Notes: generated by a model from the letters alone, not told the origin. 64,000 nt of DNA from Leptolyngbyaceae cyanobacterium (GCA_050331235.1 JBHJHA010000011.1:64001-128000); one strand, 5' to 3'. Shown: positions 41,359 to 53,016, counted from the first letter of the stretch. A program made the numbers and translations.

Positions 41359-41802
41359 ATGTTACACACCGAAAAGACCGCCGGCAGAGTGCCCCTAGTG
41401 CTGTTGTTGTTGCGCCTGGGGGTCTTTATCGTGATGTTGGTTTGGGCGCTGGACAAATTTTTCAAGCCCGAACATGCCAGCCAAGTATTTGCCGCGTTTT
41501 ACGGTCTCCAAGGACTTGGTACCGGCTTGATTTATCTTTTGGGGGCCATTCAGCTACTGATTGTGCTGGGCTTTGTGGCGGGGTTTAAAAAGACCTGGAC
41601 CTATGGTGCCGTTTTGGTCATGCACGCCCTGTCTACGGTTGTCTCTCTACCACGCTATTTTGACCCGTTTACATCCCCCAACCTGCTGTTTTTTGCCGCA
41701 TTTCCCATGTTGGCGGCCTGCTTTGGCCTGTTCTACTTACGTGACCTCGACACGCTGTGGACCATCGACAAACCCAAACGTCAAAAACAGATTAATGTTT
41801 AA
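41359..41802 (+). CDS. DoxX-like membrane protein
   Basis: LLLRLGVFIVMLVWALDKF..P, four TM helices; SD GAGGAAG before ATG 41359. Confidence 0.75.
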   Translation: MLHTEKTAGRVPLVLLLLRLGVFIVMLVWALDKFFKPEHASQVFAAFYGLQGLGTGLIYLLGAIQLLIVLGFVAGFKKTWTYGAVLVMHALSTVVSLPRYFDPFTSPNLLFFAAFPMLAACFGLFYLRDLDTLWTIDKPKRQKQINV

Positions 41803-41823
41803 CCAGATCACATCCACCGCTGC

Positions 41824-44800
41824 TCACGGTTGCAAATAGTCTTGTAGGGCTTTGACGCCCAGCGTGTTGGTTTGCAACGAGCGAATGGCCGCGGTAGTAG
41901 CATGGGCCGCGGCGATGGTCGTAATCGTTGGCACTTTGTAAGCCAAGGCAGCGCGGCGAATCTCGTGGTCATCTTGCTGCGCTTTGTCACCGATGGGCGT
42001 GTTGATAATGAGTTGAATCTGGCCATTTTTGATCAGATCCACAATGTGAGGGCGACCCTCATGCACCTTCAGCACCGTGTCGACGTCTAAACCATTTTGC
42101 TGGAGGACTTCCTGGGTACCGCTGGTGGCAACGATCTCAAAGCCAAGCTCCATTAACTGCTGCACGACGGGAACGACCGCTTTTTTGTGGCGATCGTTCA
42201 TCGAAACAAATACCTTGCCGGATAAGGGGAGTCGCTGATTAGCGCCCAATTCCGCTTTGGCAAAGGCTCGACCAAAATCAACGTCTAACCCCATGACCTC
42301 GCCGGTCGATCGCATCTCCGGCCCCAGAATGGTGTCCGTACCGGCAAAGCGCTCAAACGGCAGCACAGCCTCTTTGACTGAGATATGACGGGGCACGACT
42401 TCTTCGGTCATCTGGAGCTCGGCCAGGGTTTTGCCAGACATCACCTGTACCGCTCGCTTGGCTAGGGGAACCCCCGTTGCCTTGGAGACAAAGGGGACGG
42501 TGCGCGACGCCCGAGGATTGGCTTCAAGAATGTAGACCTGATCGCCTTTGACCGCAAACTGAATATTCATCAAGCCCACCACCTGCAGTCGTTTGGCGAG
42601 TTTCACAGTCCACTCGCGGATAGTGGCCAGCGCGGCTTCGGGCAAGCTGATCGTGGGAATCGAGCACGCCGAGTCGCCGGAGTGAATGCCGGCCTGTTCG
42701 ATGTGCTCCATAATGCCGCCAATCACTACGTTGCCAGTCGCATCGGCGATCGCATCTACATCCACTTCAATGGCGGATTCCAAAAACTTGTCGACCAAAA
42801 TCGGGTGATCAGGCTCCACCTGCACCGCATAGGTCATGTAATATTCCAGTTCTTTATCTGAGTAAACAATTTCCATCGCTCGGCCGCCTAAGACATAGCT
42901 AGGGCGCACGACTACGGGGTAGTCGATCTGGCGGGCGATCCGCAGCGCCTCATCGGTGCTGCGGGCAATGCCGTTGGCGGGCTGCACGATGGCCAATTTC
43001 TGCAAAATTTGCTCAAACCGTTCGCGATCTTCAGCCGTGTCGATGGAGTCGGGAGAGGTGCCCCAGATTTTGGTCTGACTGTCGCTATGCTGCTCCAAGT
43101 AAGTCTGCAAAGGCACAGCTAACTTAAGCGGGGTCTGCCCGCCAAACTGAATGATGATGCCCTCGGGCTGCTCTGCCTCGATGATATTGAGCACATCTTC
43201 TTTGGTGAGTGGCTCAAAATACAGGCGATCGCTGGTGTCGTAATCGGTAGACACGGTCTCAGGGTTGGAGTTGACCATGATGGTCTCAAAGTCATCCGCC
43301 TGTAGTGCAAAGGATGCGTGGCAGCAGCAATAGTCAAACTCGATGCCCTGACCAATGCGATTCGGTCCACCGCCGAGGATCATCACCTTGCGGCGATCGC
43401 TGGGCTGCACTTCGGTTTCGGCTTCATAGGTAGAGTAGTAGTAGGGTGTGTAAGCTTCGAACTCCGCAGCGCAGGTATCCACGGTTTTATACACGGGATG
43501 CACGCCCAGGGCTTGGCGGCGCTGGCGCACGTCATCTTCAGTGGAGTTTTTGGCAAAGGCAATTTGGTGATCGCTAAACCCCTGCTGCTTCAAGCGATAC
43601 ATCTGCTCAGTAGTCAAGGCCGCCAAGTCAATCCGCTTAAGCCATTTTTCTGTTGCCAGCAGCGTCGCCAACTGATGTAAAAACCAGGGATCGATGCCCG
43701 TCAGCGCATAGATTTCATCGAGCTCTAACCCCAACTGCATGGCATGGCGGACGGAAAAGATGCGATCGGGACTGGGCGTGCGCAGTCTGGAGCGCAAGGT
43801 CGACAAGTTGGGCAAGGTTTCCCGGCGATCGCAGCCCCAACCGGCGCGGCCTGTTTCCAGTGAACGAAAGGCTTTTTGGAACGACTCCAGAAAAGTACGA
43901 CCGATCGCCATCGCCTCCCCCACCGACTTCATCTGGGTCGTAAGCACGGCTTCCGTCCCCGGAAATTTTTCAAAGGCAAATCGCGGCACCTTAGTCACTA
44001 CATAATCGATAGTGGGTTCAAAGCTGGCGGGCGTCTTTTGGGTGATGTCGTTATTAATCTCATCCAGGGTGTAGCCCACGGCCAGCTTGGCCGCAAACTT
44101 GGCGATGGGAAAGCCCGTTGCCTTGGATGCCAGGGCAGAACTCCGCGACACTCGAGGATTCATCTCAATTACGATGAAGTCGCCATCAACCGGATTCACG
44201 GCAAATTGAATGTTGGAGCCACCGGTTTCCACCCCAATTTCCCGAATGATGCGAATAGAGGCATCGCGCAATCGCTGGTATTCTTTGTCGGTCAGCGTTT
44301 GGGCAGGCGCAACGGTAATTGAGTCGCCGGTATGAATGCCCATGGGATCAACATTTTCGATCGAGCAGATGATCACCACGTTATCGGCGAGGTCGCGCAT
44401 TACCTCCAGTTCAAATTCTTTCCACCCGAGGAGCGACTGCTCGATGATAATTTGGGACACAGGGCTCGCATCCAACCCCGATTGGGAAATTCGCTCAAAC
44501 TCCTCCTGGTTATAAGCGATACCGCCCCCGGCTCCCCCGAGGGTAAAGGCCGGCCGAATGATTAACGGAAATGCCCCGATGCTGGCAGCCACCGCTTTTG
44601 CCTCGGCCAGGGTCTCAGCCAACCCCGACGGGCAAACGGCCACCCCAATGCGCTCCATCGCCTCTTTAAAGAGCTTCCGATCCTCTGCCTTTTCGATCGC
44701 GCCGAGCTTAGCCCCAATCAGCTCCACCCCATACCGGTCAAGCACCCCGCTCTTAGCCAAATCCACCGCAATATTGAGCGCGGTCTGGCCGCCCATCGTT

Positions 44801-45063
44801 GGCAACATGGCATCGGGACGCTCTTGCTCAATTACCTTAGCAACCAGCTCTGGCGTCAGTGGCTCAATGTAGGTGCGATCGGCCGTTTCGGGATCGGTCA
44901 TAATTGTTGCCGGGTTAGAGTTCACCAGCACCACCTCATATCCCTCGTCACGCAGCGCCTTACAGGCCTGAGTCCCGGAGTAGTCAAATTCGCAGGCCTG
45001 GCCAATGACAATTGGGCCAGAACCAATCAACAGAATTTTTTGGATATCGTCGCGGCGGGGCAT
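41824..45063 (-). CDS. carB: Carbamoyl-phosphate synthase large subunit
   Basis: [17 protein letters not shown], duplicated ATP-grasp domains, [20 protein letters not shown] domain; start MPRRDDI. Confidence 0.98.
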   Translation of the reverse strand: MPRRDDIQKILLIGSGPIVIGQACEFDYSGTQACKALRDEGYEVVLVNSNPATIMTDPETADRTYIEPLTPELVAKVIEQERPDAMLPTMGGQTALNIAVDLAKSGVLDRYGVELIGAKLGAIEKAEDRKLFKEAMERIGVAVCPSGLAETLAEAKAVAASIGAFPLIIRPAFTLGGAGGGIAYNQEEFERISQSGLDASPVSQIIIEQSLLGWKEFELEVMRDLADNVVIICSIENVDPMGIHTGDSITVAPAQTLTDKEYQRLRDASIRIIREIGVETGGSNIQFAVNPVDGDFIVIEMNPRVSRSSALASKATGFPIAKFAAKLAVGYTLDEINNDITQKTPASFEPTIDYVVTKVPRFAFEKFPGTEAVLTTQMKSVGEAMAIGRTFLESFQKAFRSLETGRAGWGCDRRETLPNLSTLRSRLRTPSPDRIFSVRHAMQLGLELDEIYALTGIDPWFLHQLATLLATEKWLKRIDLAALTTEQMYRLKQQGFSDHQIAFAKNSTEDDVRQRRQALGVHPVYKTVDTCAAEFEAYTPYYYSTYEAETEVQPSDRRKVMILGGGPNRIGQGIEFDYCCCHASFALQADDFETIMVNSNPETVSTDYDTSDRLYFEPLTKEDVLNIIEAEQPEGIIIQFGGQTPLKLAVPLQTYLEQHSDSQTKIWGTSPDSIDTAEDRERFEQILQKLAIVQPANGIARSTDEALRIARQIDYPVVVRPSYVLGGRAMEIVYSDKELEYYMTYAVQVEPDHPILVDKFLESAIEVDVDAIADATGNVVIGGIMEHIEQAGIHSGDSACSIPTISLPEAALATIREWTVKLAKRLQVVGLMNIQFAVKGDQVYILEANPRASRTVPFVSKATGVPLAKRAVQVMSGKTLAELQMTEEVVPRHISVKEAVLPFERFAGTDTILGPEMRSTGEVMGLDVDFGRAFAKAELGANQRLPLSGKVFVSMNDRHKKAVVPVVQQLMELGFEIVATSGTQEVLQQNGLDVDTVLKVHEGRPHIVDLIKNGQIQLIINTPIGDKAQQDDHEIRRAALAYKVPTITTIAAAHATTAAIRSLQTNTLGVKALQDYLQP

Positions 45064-45362
45064 AGGCTTGTTCCACACTGGCAGGGATTACCGAATCCAA
45101 ATCATTCTATATGCCGATGTTGATCCCTACTCGGGGTTATCTAGATTTGATGGGATTTGGGTCCCAGTCGCGACCGGCTGCCATTTCTACGCGTCACTTC
45201 GCGGCAGTTCACCTGGCTGGGTTAAAACTGGTCGGCCATTGCGCCCCCCAAAGTGCGGCAGGCGCTTCGGCCGATCCCTTAAAATTTGCATGGAAGTAGG
45301 AGATGCTGAAGATACTTCAGCAACATTCTCTAGATCAAGAACTGGTTTGGGAGATCAAAAAT

Positions 45363-45569
45363 ATGGAAACGGTAAACTGCGCCGAAGTCTGCCAAGACGG
45401 CTGCGTTTTAGGCGACAAGTGCCCCAACTTAGAGTACAAAGCTCAAGCCTCTAAATTTATTGAAGAAACATCTTTAGACCAGATGCTCTCGATGGCCGAC
45501 GAAGCGGTACGCCGCAAGATTATGGAGCGCGCCTCTCAGCCCCCTAAGTGGGTTTTGCCGGAGGACTAG
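45363..45569 (+). CDS. Small cysteine-rich hypothetical protein
   Basis: METVNCAEVCQDGCVLGDKCPN..., CxxxCxxxCx5C motif; SD GGAG upstream. Confidence 0.7.
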   Translation: METVNCAEVCQDGCVLGDKCPNLEYKAQASKFIEETSLDQMLSMADEAVRRKIMERASQPPKWVLPED

Positions 45570-45661
45570 GGAGATCGGAGCAGCTAGAGGCTTGGCTTGC
45601 CAGGCCACATCGCTGCGCGGCTCATCCATTGGCGCTGGCTAAGACCGTCAGCGCCGATGGG

Positions 45662-47656
45662 TCAGTTGCCGCCACCCTCGCCGTTTCCGCTAGCGGAAAC
45701 CAGCTCCGACAGTTCCACCGATGGTGAAGCCTCATGGGCTGGCACCATGACCATGGTGGGCGCTTCCGACTTATATACCGGCAGGTCAAACCAAAAAGTC
45801 GTGCCGCAGCCTACTTCGCTCACCAAATGTACTTGACTGCTGTGCTTTTCCACGATGTTTTTGACGATGGAGAGGCCCAGTCCCGTACCTTCTAGGGTGT
45901 GGACGCGATTTTCGACCCGAAAAAAGCGATCGAAAATCGCGGCCTGATCTTCCAACGCAATCCCGATACCGGTATCAGCAATCTCAATGCGGATAAATTC
46001 ATCGATGCTGTCGGGATGAGTTTGCTCTGACAGTTGATAGGCCCGAATCATCACCTGACCGCCGGCTTCAGTAAATTTCAGCGAGTTACCCACTAAGTTG
46101 CCAAAGACTTGTAGCAAAAGGTCATAGTTGCCCTGGACCGGCGGCAAATTGGGCTCAATTTCATGGTGAAGGGTGACTTGCTTATCGCGGGCATTGAGCT
46201 GATAGGTGCGCAGCGTCTGCTCAATCGGCTGGGCCACATCCACGTCACAGAGCTGATAGCGACGATTGGACTCCAGTCGGGAAAGATCGAGAACATCATT
46301 GACCAGCCGAGTGAGGCGATCGGTCTCGTGATTAGTGGTTTCTAAAAACTCTTGCCTTTCCTCAGGGCTAAGGTCGTCGCCGTACTCGTGCAGGGTCTCA
46401 ATGAAGGATTTGATGTTGAATAGGGGGGTACGCAGCTCATGGGACACATTGCTAATAAACTGGCTCTTCGCTTCGTTGAGCGCGACCTCACGGGTGACAT
46501 CTTGAACGGTAATGGCAATGCCCTTGACGTTTTCTCGCGATTGGTCAAATACGGTATTTAACATCACCCGAATGGTGCGATTGGTAGGCTCACTGAGCAC
46601 AATCCGAAACTCCATACCCTCTGACTCGCCGGATACAGCCATAAAGAGGGGCCGCGTCAACTGTACTCGAACGGCATTGGGGAAATGCTGCAGCACCGTA
46701 TTGCTCGAGAGCTCGCGCCCCTCCCAGCCAAAAATTCGCCGGGCGGCTGGATTCACCAGTACGATGTGCATGTCCGTATCGAGCAGCATCGCCCCATCGG
46801 CAATGGTAGAAACCAGAGTTTCTAACTTGGCCTTTTCCGCGGTCAGTTCCTCAATATTCTGCTCTTCATAACGCTCTAGGCGCTCAGCCATGTCGTTGAA
46901 GCTATAGATGAGCTCACCGAGCTCGCCCCCCAAGGGCAAATCAATCCGTTGCTGAAAGTTACCCGCCGCAATGTTTTTAACCCCGGTTAGCAGCTCCTTA
47001 ATCGGTTGAGTAATGGTCAATGCATTAAACACCGCCCCCAAAATCACCATGGCCCAAATCGAGACAAATACGGCCACCGTGACATCGCGGGTCAGATTAG
47101 ACGACGCGACTACAGTCGGGTTGGGATTGATGCCCAGGGCAAGCACCCCAAGATAGTTGCCGTCGTACTTAATCGGCACAAACACATCTGTCACCTCCCC
47201 CGCCGGCGTGATGTGCTGTCTCACCAGGGGCAAGTTAGCGTTTCTGGCATACCCATCGGGGAGCTGCATCCGACGGCGAATCGTGAGTGAACTCTGCACC
47301 GAATCATCGGAGTAGGGAATGCCAAAATAAATGGCTCCGTCTTCGTCGGCATAGAGCATGTAGCGGACGCTGGATGTGCTCTGGTAAAAGCTGTAGGAAA
47401 AACGGGCCAACTCTTCGCGATCGCCCGCATACACCAAGGGAGAAACATTCGCTGACAACAGTAATCCCAAATCGCGACCAAATCGGGTGTCATTGAGCCG
47501 CGCATCCTGCTGAATCGAATTGACCGCCCAAAAGGTCAGCCCACTCATCAATAGAGACACCACCAGCGTAGCCCCTGCCAGCAGGCGCGTTTGCAACGTA
47601 AAATCGCGCCACCAGCGCATCAAAACATCGCGAATTTTCGAAAGCAGGGTGATCAA
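45662..47656 (-). CDS. nblS: Sensor histidine kinase NblS/Hik33 (TM-HAMP-PAS-HisKA-HATPase)
   Basis: WWRDFTLQTRLLAGATLVVSLLMSGLTFWAVN...NDTRFGRDLGLLL, SHELRTPLFNIKSFIETL, RVENRVHTLEGTGLGL. Confidence 0.93.
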   Translation of the reverse strand: MITLLSKIRDVLMRWWRDFTLQTRLLAGATLVVSLLMSGLTFWAVNSIQQDARLNDTRFGRDLGLLLSANVSPLVYAGDREELARFSYSFYQSTSSVRYMLYADEDGAIYFGIPYSDDSVQSSLTIRRRMQLPDGYARNANLPLVRQHITPAGEVTDVFVPIKYDGNYLGVLALGINPNPTVVASSNLTRDVTVAVFVSIWAMVILGAVFNALTITQPIKELLTGVKNIAAGNFQQRIDLPLGGELGELIYSFNDMAERLERYEEQNIEELTAEKAKLETLVSTIADGAMLLDTDMHIVLVNPAARRIFGWEGRELSSNTVLQHFPNAVRVQLTRPLFMAVSGESEGMEFRIVLSEPTNRTIRVMLNTVFDQSRENVKGIAITVQDVTREVALNEAKSQFISNVSHELRTPLFNIKSFIETLHEYGDDLSPEERQEFLETTNHETDRLTRLVNDVLDLSRLESNRRYQLCDVDVAQPIEQTLRTYQLNARDKQVTLHHEIEPNLPPVQGNYDLLLQVFGNLVGNSLKFTEAGGQVMIRAYQLSEQTHPDSIDEFIRIEIADTGIGIALEDQAAIFDRFFRVENRVHTLEGTGLGLSIVKNIVEKHSSQVHLVSEVGCGTTFWFDLPVYKSEAPTMVMVPAHEASPSVELSELVSASGNGEGGGN

Positions 47657-47789
47657 CTCGGTCTCCGCTAGCCAAAGCAGTCACGGTAGTTACCGGACTT
47701 CTCTAAATCCTATCGTTTGATAGATAATCAAACCGCTTTTATTGTGGCACGTCGGCTAAAATTGGCGAACTCATCACCCCTTGAATGCC

Positions 47790-48590
47790 ATGGCCTACGT
47801 GTCTCCGCTGATCGGGACGAAGCTGCTGCGGGAAACCCTGGCGGTAGCGCTACGAATTTGGCAAGACCTGCTAAGACGCCGCCGCAGCTTAATTTTCTGG
47901 GCGATCTTTCCGGTCTTGATGCTGGTGATGAATGGCCTCATTTTGGCAGAGCGGGCTCAACTCACCACGGCTGAGGCCTATGAACAGGCAGCGGCCCCCA
48001 CCTTAGTCGGAGCGGCCTTGTTCTTCAGCTGCCTTGGGGGTAGCGTTGCCACGGTGGTCTCAGAACGGGAGCAGCAAACGCTCAAGCGCTTATTTCTCTC
48101 GCCGCTGAGTGGCATCTCTTACTTTTTAGGCATTTTCATAGCGCACTGCGGCATCGGGTTGCTGCAGACAGGCTTGATTGGGGCGATCGCCCTCGCGGTT
48201 GGCGCACAATTTCCCGGATCGCTGGGGTTGGCAGTGGCGATCGTGCTGCTTAGCATTGCGGCCTACGTTGGCCTGGGGTTTGTCTTAGGCACGCAGCTAG
48301 CCCGCCGCACCGAAGATGTAAATGCGTTGGTCGCAGCCTTTGGGGTGCCTCTACTGCTGCTAGGGGGGGCTTTTTTGCCGATCAGTCTTTTTCCAGATAC
48401 GCTGCTCACCTTAGCCACCTATAATCCTGTCTACCACATGATTTCAGCGCTTCAGGGGGCGGTCACCGACCAAGAAACCCGGAACGAAATCCTGCCACAC
48501 CTCAGGTTTTTGGTGCTGTTTGCCCCACTGATGGTGATCGCGGGCTGGGCGTCTTATCGACGAATGCTACAGATCGAGCGCCACCTGTAA
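47790..48590 (+). CDS. ABC-2 type transporter permease (no ATPase gene adjacent)
   Basis: VSEREQQTLKRLFLSP motif, six TM helices, LGGAFLP, NPVYH. Confidence 0.85.
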   Translation: MAYVSPLIGTKLLRETLAVALRIWQDLLRRRRSLIFWAIFPVLMLVMNGLILAERAQLTTAEAYEQAAAPTLVGAALFFSCLGGSVATVVSEREQQTLKRLFLSPLSGISYFLGIFIAHCGIGLLQTGLIGAIALAVGAQFPGSLGLAVAIVLLSIAAYVGLGFVLGTQLARRTEDVNALVAAFGVPLLLLGGAFLPISLFPDTLLTLATYNPVYHMISALQGAVTDQETRNEILPHLRFLVLFAPLMVIAGWASYRRMLQIERHL

Positions 48591-48813
48591 CGAACCCAAA
48601 GACGCTTTTGCAAAAAGTTGATTAAAACCGTAGCAGGCTTATCACTTTAGACAGAAATAGTAGTCTATTTGTCAAATCCTTTTTACATTTTGTAAGATAT
48701 TCGTAACTAATCGCAGCGGATGTCCGCAACTGCGGCTAAAACGGACCTAACTTGCACAAAGTTCTGTTTCGGATCCTTTGCGAGGGTTGTTTCTCAAGTT
48801 GGACGAATTAACC

Positions 48814-49002
48814 ATGAATGAAGACACTCAACTTACCCTGGAGCAAAAATTTAGTCTCCGGTCTTTTGAGACACAGGTTGACAAGATGAGCCGGGAGCAG
48901 GCTCAGGAATTCTTAGTCAAGCTGTATGAGCAAATGATGATGCGCGAAACCATGTACAAGAAGTTCCTCAAGCACGAGTGGGGAATTGACTCCGCGGCTT
49001 AG
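48814..49002 (+). CDS. nblA: Phycobilisome degradation protein NblA
   Basis: LTLEQKFSLRSFETQVDKMSREQAQEFLVKLYEQMMMRE...LKHEWG. Confidence 0.95.
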   Translation: MNEDTQLTLEQKFSLRSFETQVDKMSREQAQEFLVKLYEQMMMRETMYKKFLKHEWGIDSAA

Positions 49003-49434
49003 GCTCGTCGGTTTCATCGGCTAATTTAGGAGGCGACCTCCTTCTCTTGCCAGGTTCTGAGAGAACTTTGCTGGGGTTGTCGGGGCGTTTACCCTAACTT
49101 TCTACTTATCTTAAAATTCATTTTTTCTTGGCTGTAGCCAGTTATCTCTAGACCGCTCACATTTAATTAAGCTATTCAAATTACAGATATTTAACCTGGT
49201 TTTTCTATCCGATCGCCCATTGCAATCGCGGTTTCCGGCGATCGCTTTTGGTCACGCTTGCCGGTGGCCCTAACATAGGCAGTCCCTGGTTAAGGCGGCG
49301 ATACAGACACTTCCAGTGCGGTCCTCCATCTTTGGGTAGGTTTACAGACTTTGATATGCGATCGCGGTTACATTGCTGTGGGGGCTCAAATAGATCATCA
49401 TTAATTACGGCGTTGCCCCGTGGAGTCACCTTTG

Positions 49435-50319
49435 ATGTTTGAGCAAGCCCTGATCAGCACAGATTTTTCCGACGGTCTTGAGCGGTTGGGTTACACCATT
49501 CCTAGCTTGGTAGACAGTGGAATTAAGCGCATCACATTCTTTCATAACGTGGCAGTGGAGACCGATCGCAGCGTCCCCAGAGTCGACGAGGCCAAAATTG
49601 ATGCAGCCCGTCAAGAGCTAGAAGCGATGATTGCGCAAGCCCCCAGCGAGGCCGAGGTCAAAGTGGTGGTAACGGGGGGACAGCCGAGCAGTAATATTTT
49701 GCGGCAGATTGAATCTTCGGGGTGTCAAGTGGTCTTTTTGGGCACACCCACCCGCAATATCTTGACCGAAAAAGTCTTTGGCAGCACCACGATAAAGCTG
49801 ATAGAGAAAACAACGGTGCCAATGATGATTTTGCGCCCTCAACTGGTCTCTACGTTTACGACTGAAGAACTCTCAATCCGCTGCCGCAACTTGTTTCGTC
49901 GATTGTTGATTCCCTATGACGGCACCGATGGTTCGATGGACTTTTTGGAAACGCTGAAGGCGCAAATCCAGAAAAATCCGCCGGGGGAGGGCCATCAGTA
50001 TTGGCTACTATGGGTGATCGATGCCAATGTGCGACGCGAACTGCGGGGCGATCATCCATTGCAGGAGGCTCAAGAGCGCTTGCATAAAGTCGCGGATACC
50101 CTACGGGAACTGAATCTCAATGTCGAAGCTCTGGTGACGGAAGGGGACCCGCTGCAGGAAATCTTAAAGACGGCGGACAGATGCGACATTGGAGCGATCG
50201 CCACCTCATCACGCGGCATTGGCGGGCTGCTGCGCTGGTCAGTGCCCAGTCTAGCTCGGGAGATTTTGCGCCAGAGCTGGCACCCGGTGCTCTACTTTCC
50301 TAAGGCCAAGGCAAAATAG
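49435..50319 (+). CDS. Universal stress protein with tandem USP domains
   Basis: ALISTDFS...FGSTT..L....VPMMILR and LLIPYDGT...GDP..EIL..A...HPVL. Confidence 0.9.
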   Translation: MFEQALISTDFSDGLERLGYTIPSLVDSGIKRITFFHNVAVETDRSVPRVDEAKIDAARQELEAMIAQAPSEAEVKVVVTGGQPSSNILRQIESSGCQVVFLGTPTRNILTEKVFGSTTIKLIEKTTVPMMILRPQLVSTFTTEELSIRCRNLFRRLLIPYDGTDGSMDFLETLKAQIQKNPPGEGHQYWLLWVIDANVRRELRGDHPLQEAQERLHKVADTLRELNLNVEALVTEGDPLQEILKTADRCDIGAIATSSRGIGGLLRWSVPSLAREILRQSWHPVLYFPKAKAK

Positions 50320-50709
50320 CCACAAAGTCGGCGGATTGGCAAGGCGCGGGGTGGACGATTTTGAACGATGGGTTTCAGTCGGCGATCGCCCAAACGTCAA
50401 TCTTGAAGCAACACCGATGGCACTGAAGCGGCAATCTGTCGTAATGTAGCTCGCAGCCTTTGGTCTGCCTGAAAACCGGCGATCGCAATTCCGGGGTCGG
50501 GGATGTTAATTACGCCAGCGCAGGGTGAGGTGTTTAGTCTGTTGCGGCGCGATCGGCGGTTGGATTAAGCCACTCATCATTTCTCGATGAGTGGCGATAG
50601 CGTAACCCCCAACACCCCAGCACGACTAACGAGTGAGCGTAGTTTCCCAAGTCTCCCGCCATGCGCCACAATGGGGGGCACGTTTCACTCATTTGTCTGA
50701 GTTGCACCC

Positions 50710-53016
50710 ATGTCAAATAGCGGCAATTCCTCCCAAGTAGCCAATCAACTTGCCGAATACGCTAGCAAGGTTCTCCAGCCCGGTGGAGTTGCCGTTGGCG
50801 GAGCCTATGGTCTCTGGGAACTATTCGTTCAGGATGATGCGGGGAAAGCAATCGCCGCCGCTCTCATTGGGTTTTGCATCTCCTATGGCGGGCATTTACT
50901 CAAAGATTGGCATCAAGGCAATCAAAAACGGATGCAGTCGGCGGGTGCCGCTATAGAAAAAGTCTTCAGTGGCACGATTGAGCAAATGTTGGCCAAGGCC
51001 ACCAAAGCTGAGGATGCCTACCTATTGCTGCAAGTGCTAGATTGTCGCGACTATCGCACCGCCGGCATGGGCGATCGCGGTCAGGGCATTTTAGAATTGC
51101 CAGAAGTCTTTGTCCCACTTGAGCTCGATTCGAGTTCCATTCCAGCGGGGTTTGAGCAGTTGGCACGATTGCCGGATCTAGAGCAGTGGCAGCGCGAACT
51201 CGATATTTGGTACTTCCTGCGTCAAGCAACGGACAATCGCGCTTATCGCCAACTGGCCATCATTGCCTGGGGTGGTTACGGCAAAACCACCCTGCTCAAG
51301 TATCTGACTTATATCTTCGGCACCAGGCAACACGAACAGTACAACGTCCCATTTCTGATCCCGATGTTGTTGCCATTGCGGCAATATCGCGATGCGCTCA
51401 CCGCCGAACCGCCCCCCGACTTATCCGGATTAGTGCAACAACAGCGACTGAAGCAACTGCAAGAATTAGATGTCGACAACAAATTAGCCCGTTTACCCGC
51501 GACCTGGGCAGTGGATGTGTTGCGCAATGGCAAAGCGCTGGTGATGCTGGACGGGTTCGATGAAGTGCCCAATACAGAACGCCCTGCCCTCAGCCAGTGG
51601 CTACATCGGCAAATGCAGCGCTTTAGCGAGTCTACCTTTATCCTGACCTCGCGCCCCACGGCTTACAAGCAAGATTTTGCGCAACCGTTGCGGACCAAGC
51701 TATGGGTGCGGCCCTTTGAGCCCAAGCAGCAAACCCGGTTTGTTGAGCAATGGTATTTTTGCCAGGAACGGCAAGCCCGAGGCGGACGCAACACCCCCGA
51801 AGTGCGGCGAGCCGCCAACCAAGGTGCTGCCAATTTACTCGCCCAGGTGCAAGACCCCCATCGCCCCGAACTGTCTAAACTCGCCAAAAATCCCCTCTTG
51901 TTGAATCTTCTTGCCATTTATCACCGCAATGGCGAACAAGGGGAAGAATTGCCCCGCCAACGAGCGGAGCTATATCAGGATATTTGCCAACTGCATTTGA
52001 AGAAGCGACCAGAATTTCGCAAAATTGCCCTGCCGCTGCCGCCCAATGCCCGCCAAGAAATCTTGCAGGAAGTAGCACTCGCGATGATGCAGCGCAAACG
52101 GCGGCTGATTGAGGAAGAAGATTTGTTAGCCCTGGTGACTCAAGCCCTGGATGAAGCCAAGCATCCCATCACAGCGGCAGAATTTCTCCAACCGATTGTG
52201 GCGGTGAGCGAACTGATCGTGAAACAGGGCTTGGAAGGCTATGAATTCGCCCATCTCAGCTTTCAGGAATTTCTGGCCGCTGCCCAAATCAAAGCGCTAA
52301 AGCAGGAGGAACTGCTCTACCCCCACCTGAGCGAAGCTAACCAAACTAGTGCCAATGGCGCAGAAGAACCCTGGTGGAAGCAAACCATTCTGCTTTATGC
52401 CGCCCAACTGCAAAATCCGACTAGCCTGATTGAGGAGGCGATTCGCCAGGGGGCGACGAATTTAGCCTATGCCTGTTGGCAAGAGACGCAATATTCCCTG
52501 CCCCCCGAACTGGAAGCAAAACTGCAAACTCAGGTGCAAACCTCGCGCTACGCCAAACTGGAGGCGTTAATGCAGCAGGGCAAGTGGCGTGAGGCGGACG
52601 AGGAAACCTACCGGTTAATGATCACCACCGTAGGCAAGGAAGAGGGGCAAAGGTTTGACAGTGAAGACTTGGAGACCTTTCCCTGCGAAAACTTGAAGGT
52701 GGTCGACAGTTTATGGGTGAAATACAGCGATGGTAAGTTTGGCTTTAGTGTGCAAAAGCAAATCTGGCAAAAATGTAACCGTCCTGTAAGTGGTCGAGGT
52801 AAAGATTGGGTGCCCTTTCTAATAAAAGTTGGATGGTCCTACCCTGATGGCCGGCAAAAAGAATATGAGCTTCTCGCAGCTGATCCAGAACTATCTCCAT
52901 CAGGTGAATTTCCGAATTTTATGGTCTTCAGTCCTCCCTCTAGAAAATTGCTGCTTGCAACTTTTATGACAGACATGAAAGGAATATTTTCTCGCGCAGA
53001 AACGTGTGGTCCTTGA
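50710..53016 (+). CDS. NACHT NTPase with C-terminal GUN4-like domain
   Basis: VFVPLEL, Walker A GGYGKTT, Walker B LDGFDEV, ILTSRP, NPLLL, FAHLSFQEFLAA; GUN4 W.EADEET...FPCENL..VD.LW.KYS.GKFGFSVQKQIW. Confidence 0.88.
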   Translation: MSNSGNSSQVANQLAEYASKVLQPGGVAVGGAYGLWELFVQDDAGKAIAAALIGFCISYGGHLLKDWHQGNQKRMQSAGAAIEKVFSGTIEQMLAKATKAEDAYLLLQVLDCRDYRTAGMGDRGQGILELPEVFVPLELDSSSIPAGFEQLARLPDLEQWQRELDIWYFLRQATDNRAYRQLAIIAWGGYGKTTLLKYLTYIFGTRQHEQYNVPFLIPMLLPLRQYRDALTAEPPPDLSGLVQQQRLKQLQELDVDNKLARLPATWAVDVLRNGKALVMLDGFDEVPNTERPALSQWLHRQMQRFSESTFILTSRPTAYKQDFAQPLRTKLWVRPFEPKQQTRFVEQWYFCQERQARGGRNTPEVRRAANQGAANLLAQVQDPHRPELSKLAKNPLLLNLLAIYHRNGEQGEELPRQRAELYQDICQLHLKKRPEFRKIALPLPPNARQEILQEVALAMMQRKRRLIEEEDLLALVTQALDEAKHPITAAEFLQPIVAVSELIVKQGLEGYEFAHLSFQEFLAAAQIKALKQEELLYPHLSEANQTSANGAEEPWWKQTILLYAAQLQNPTSLIEEAIRQGATNLAYACWQETQYSLPPELEAKLQTQVQTSRYAKLEALMQQGKWREADEETYRLMITTVGKEEGQRFDSEDLETFPCENLKVVDSLWVKYSDGKFGFSVQKQIWQKCNRPVSGRGKDWVPFLIKVGWSYPDGRQKEYELLAADPELSPSGEFPNFMVFSPPSRKLLLATFMTDMKGIFSRAETCGP

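Noticed and set aside
48739..48750. 12-mer AAACGGACCTAA, also at 56909-56920
   Set aside because: Many 12-mer repeats are expected by chance in 64 kb and the flanks do not match
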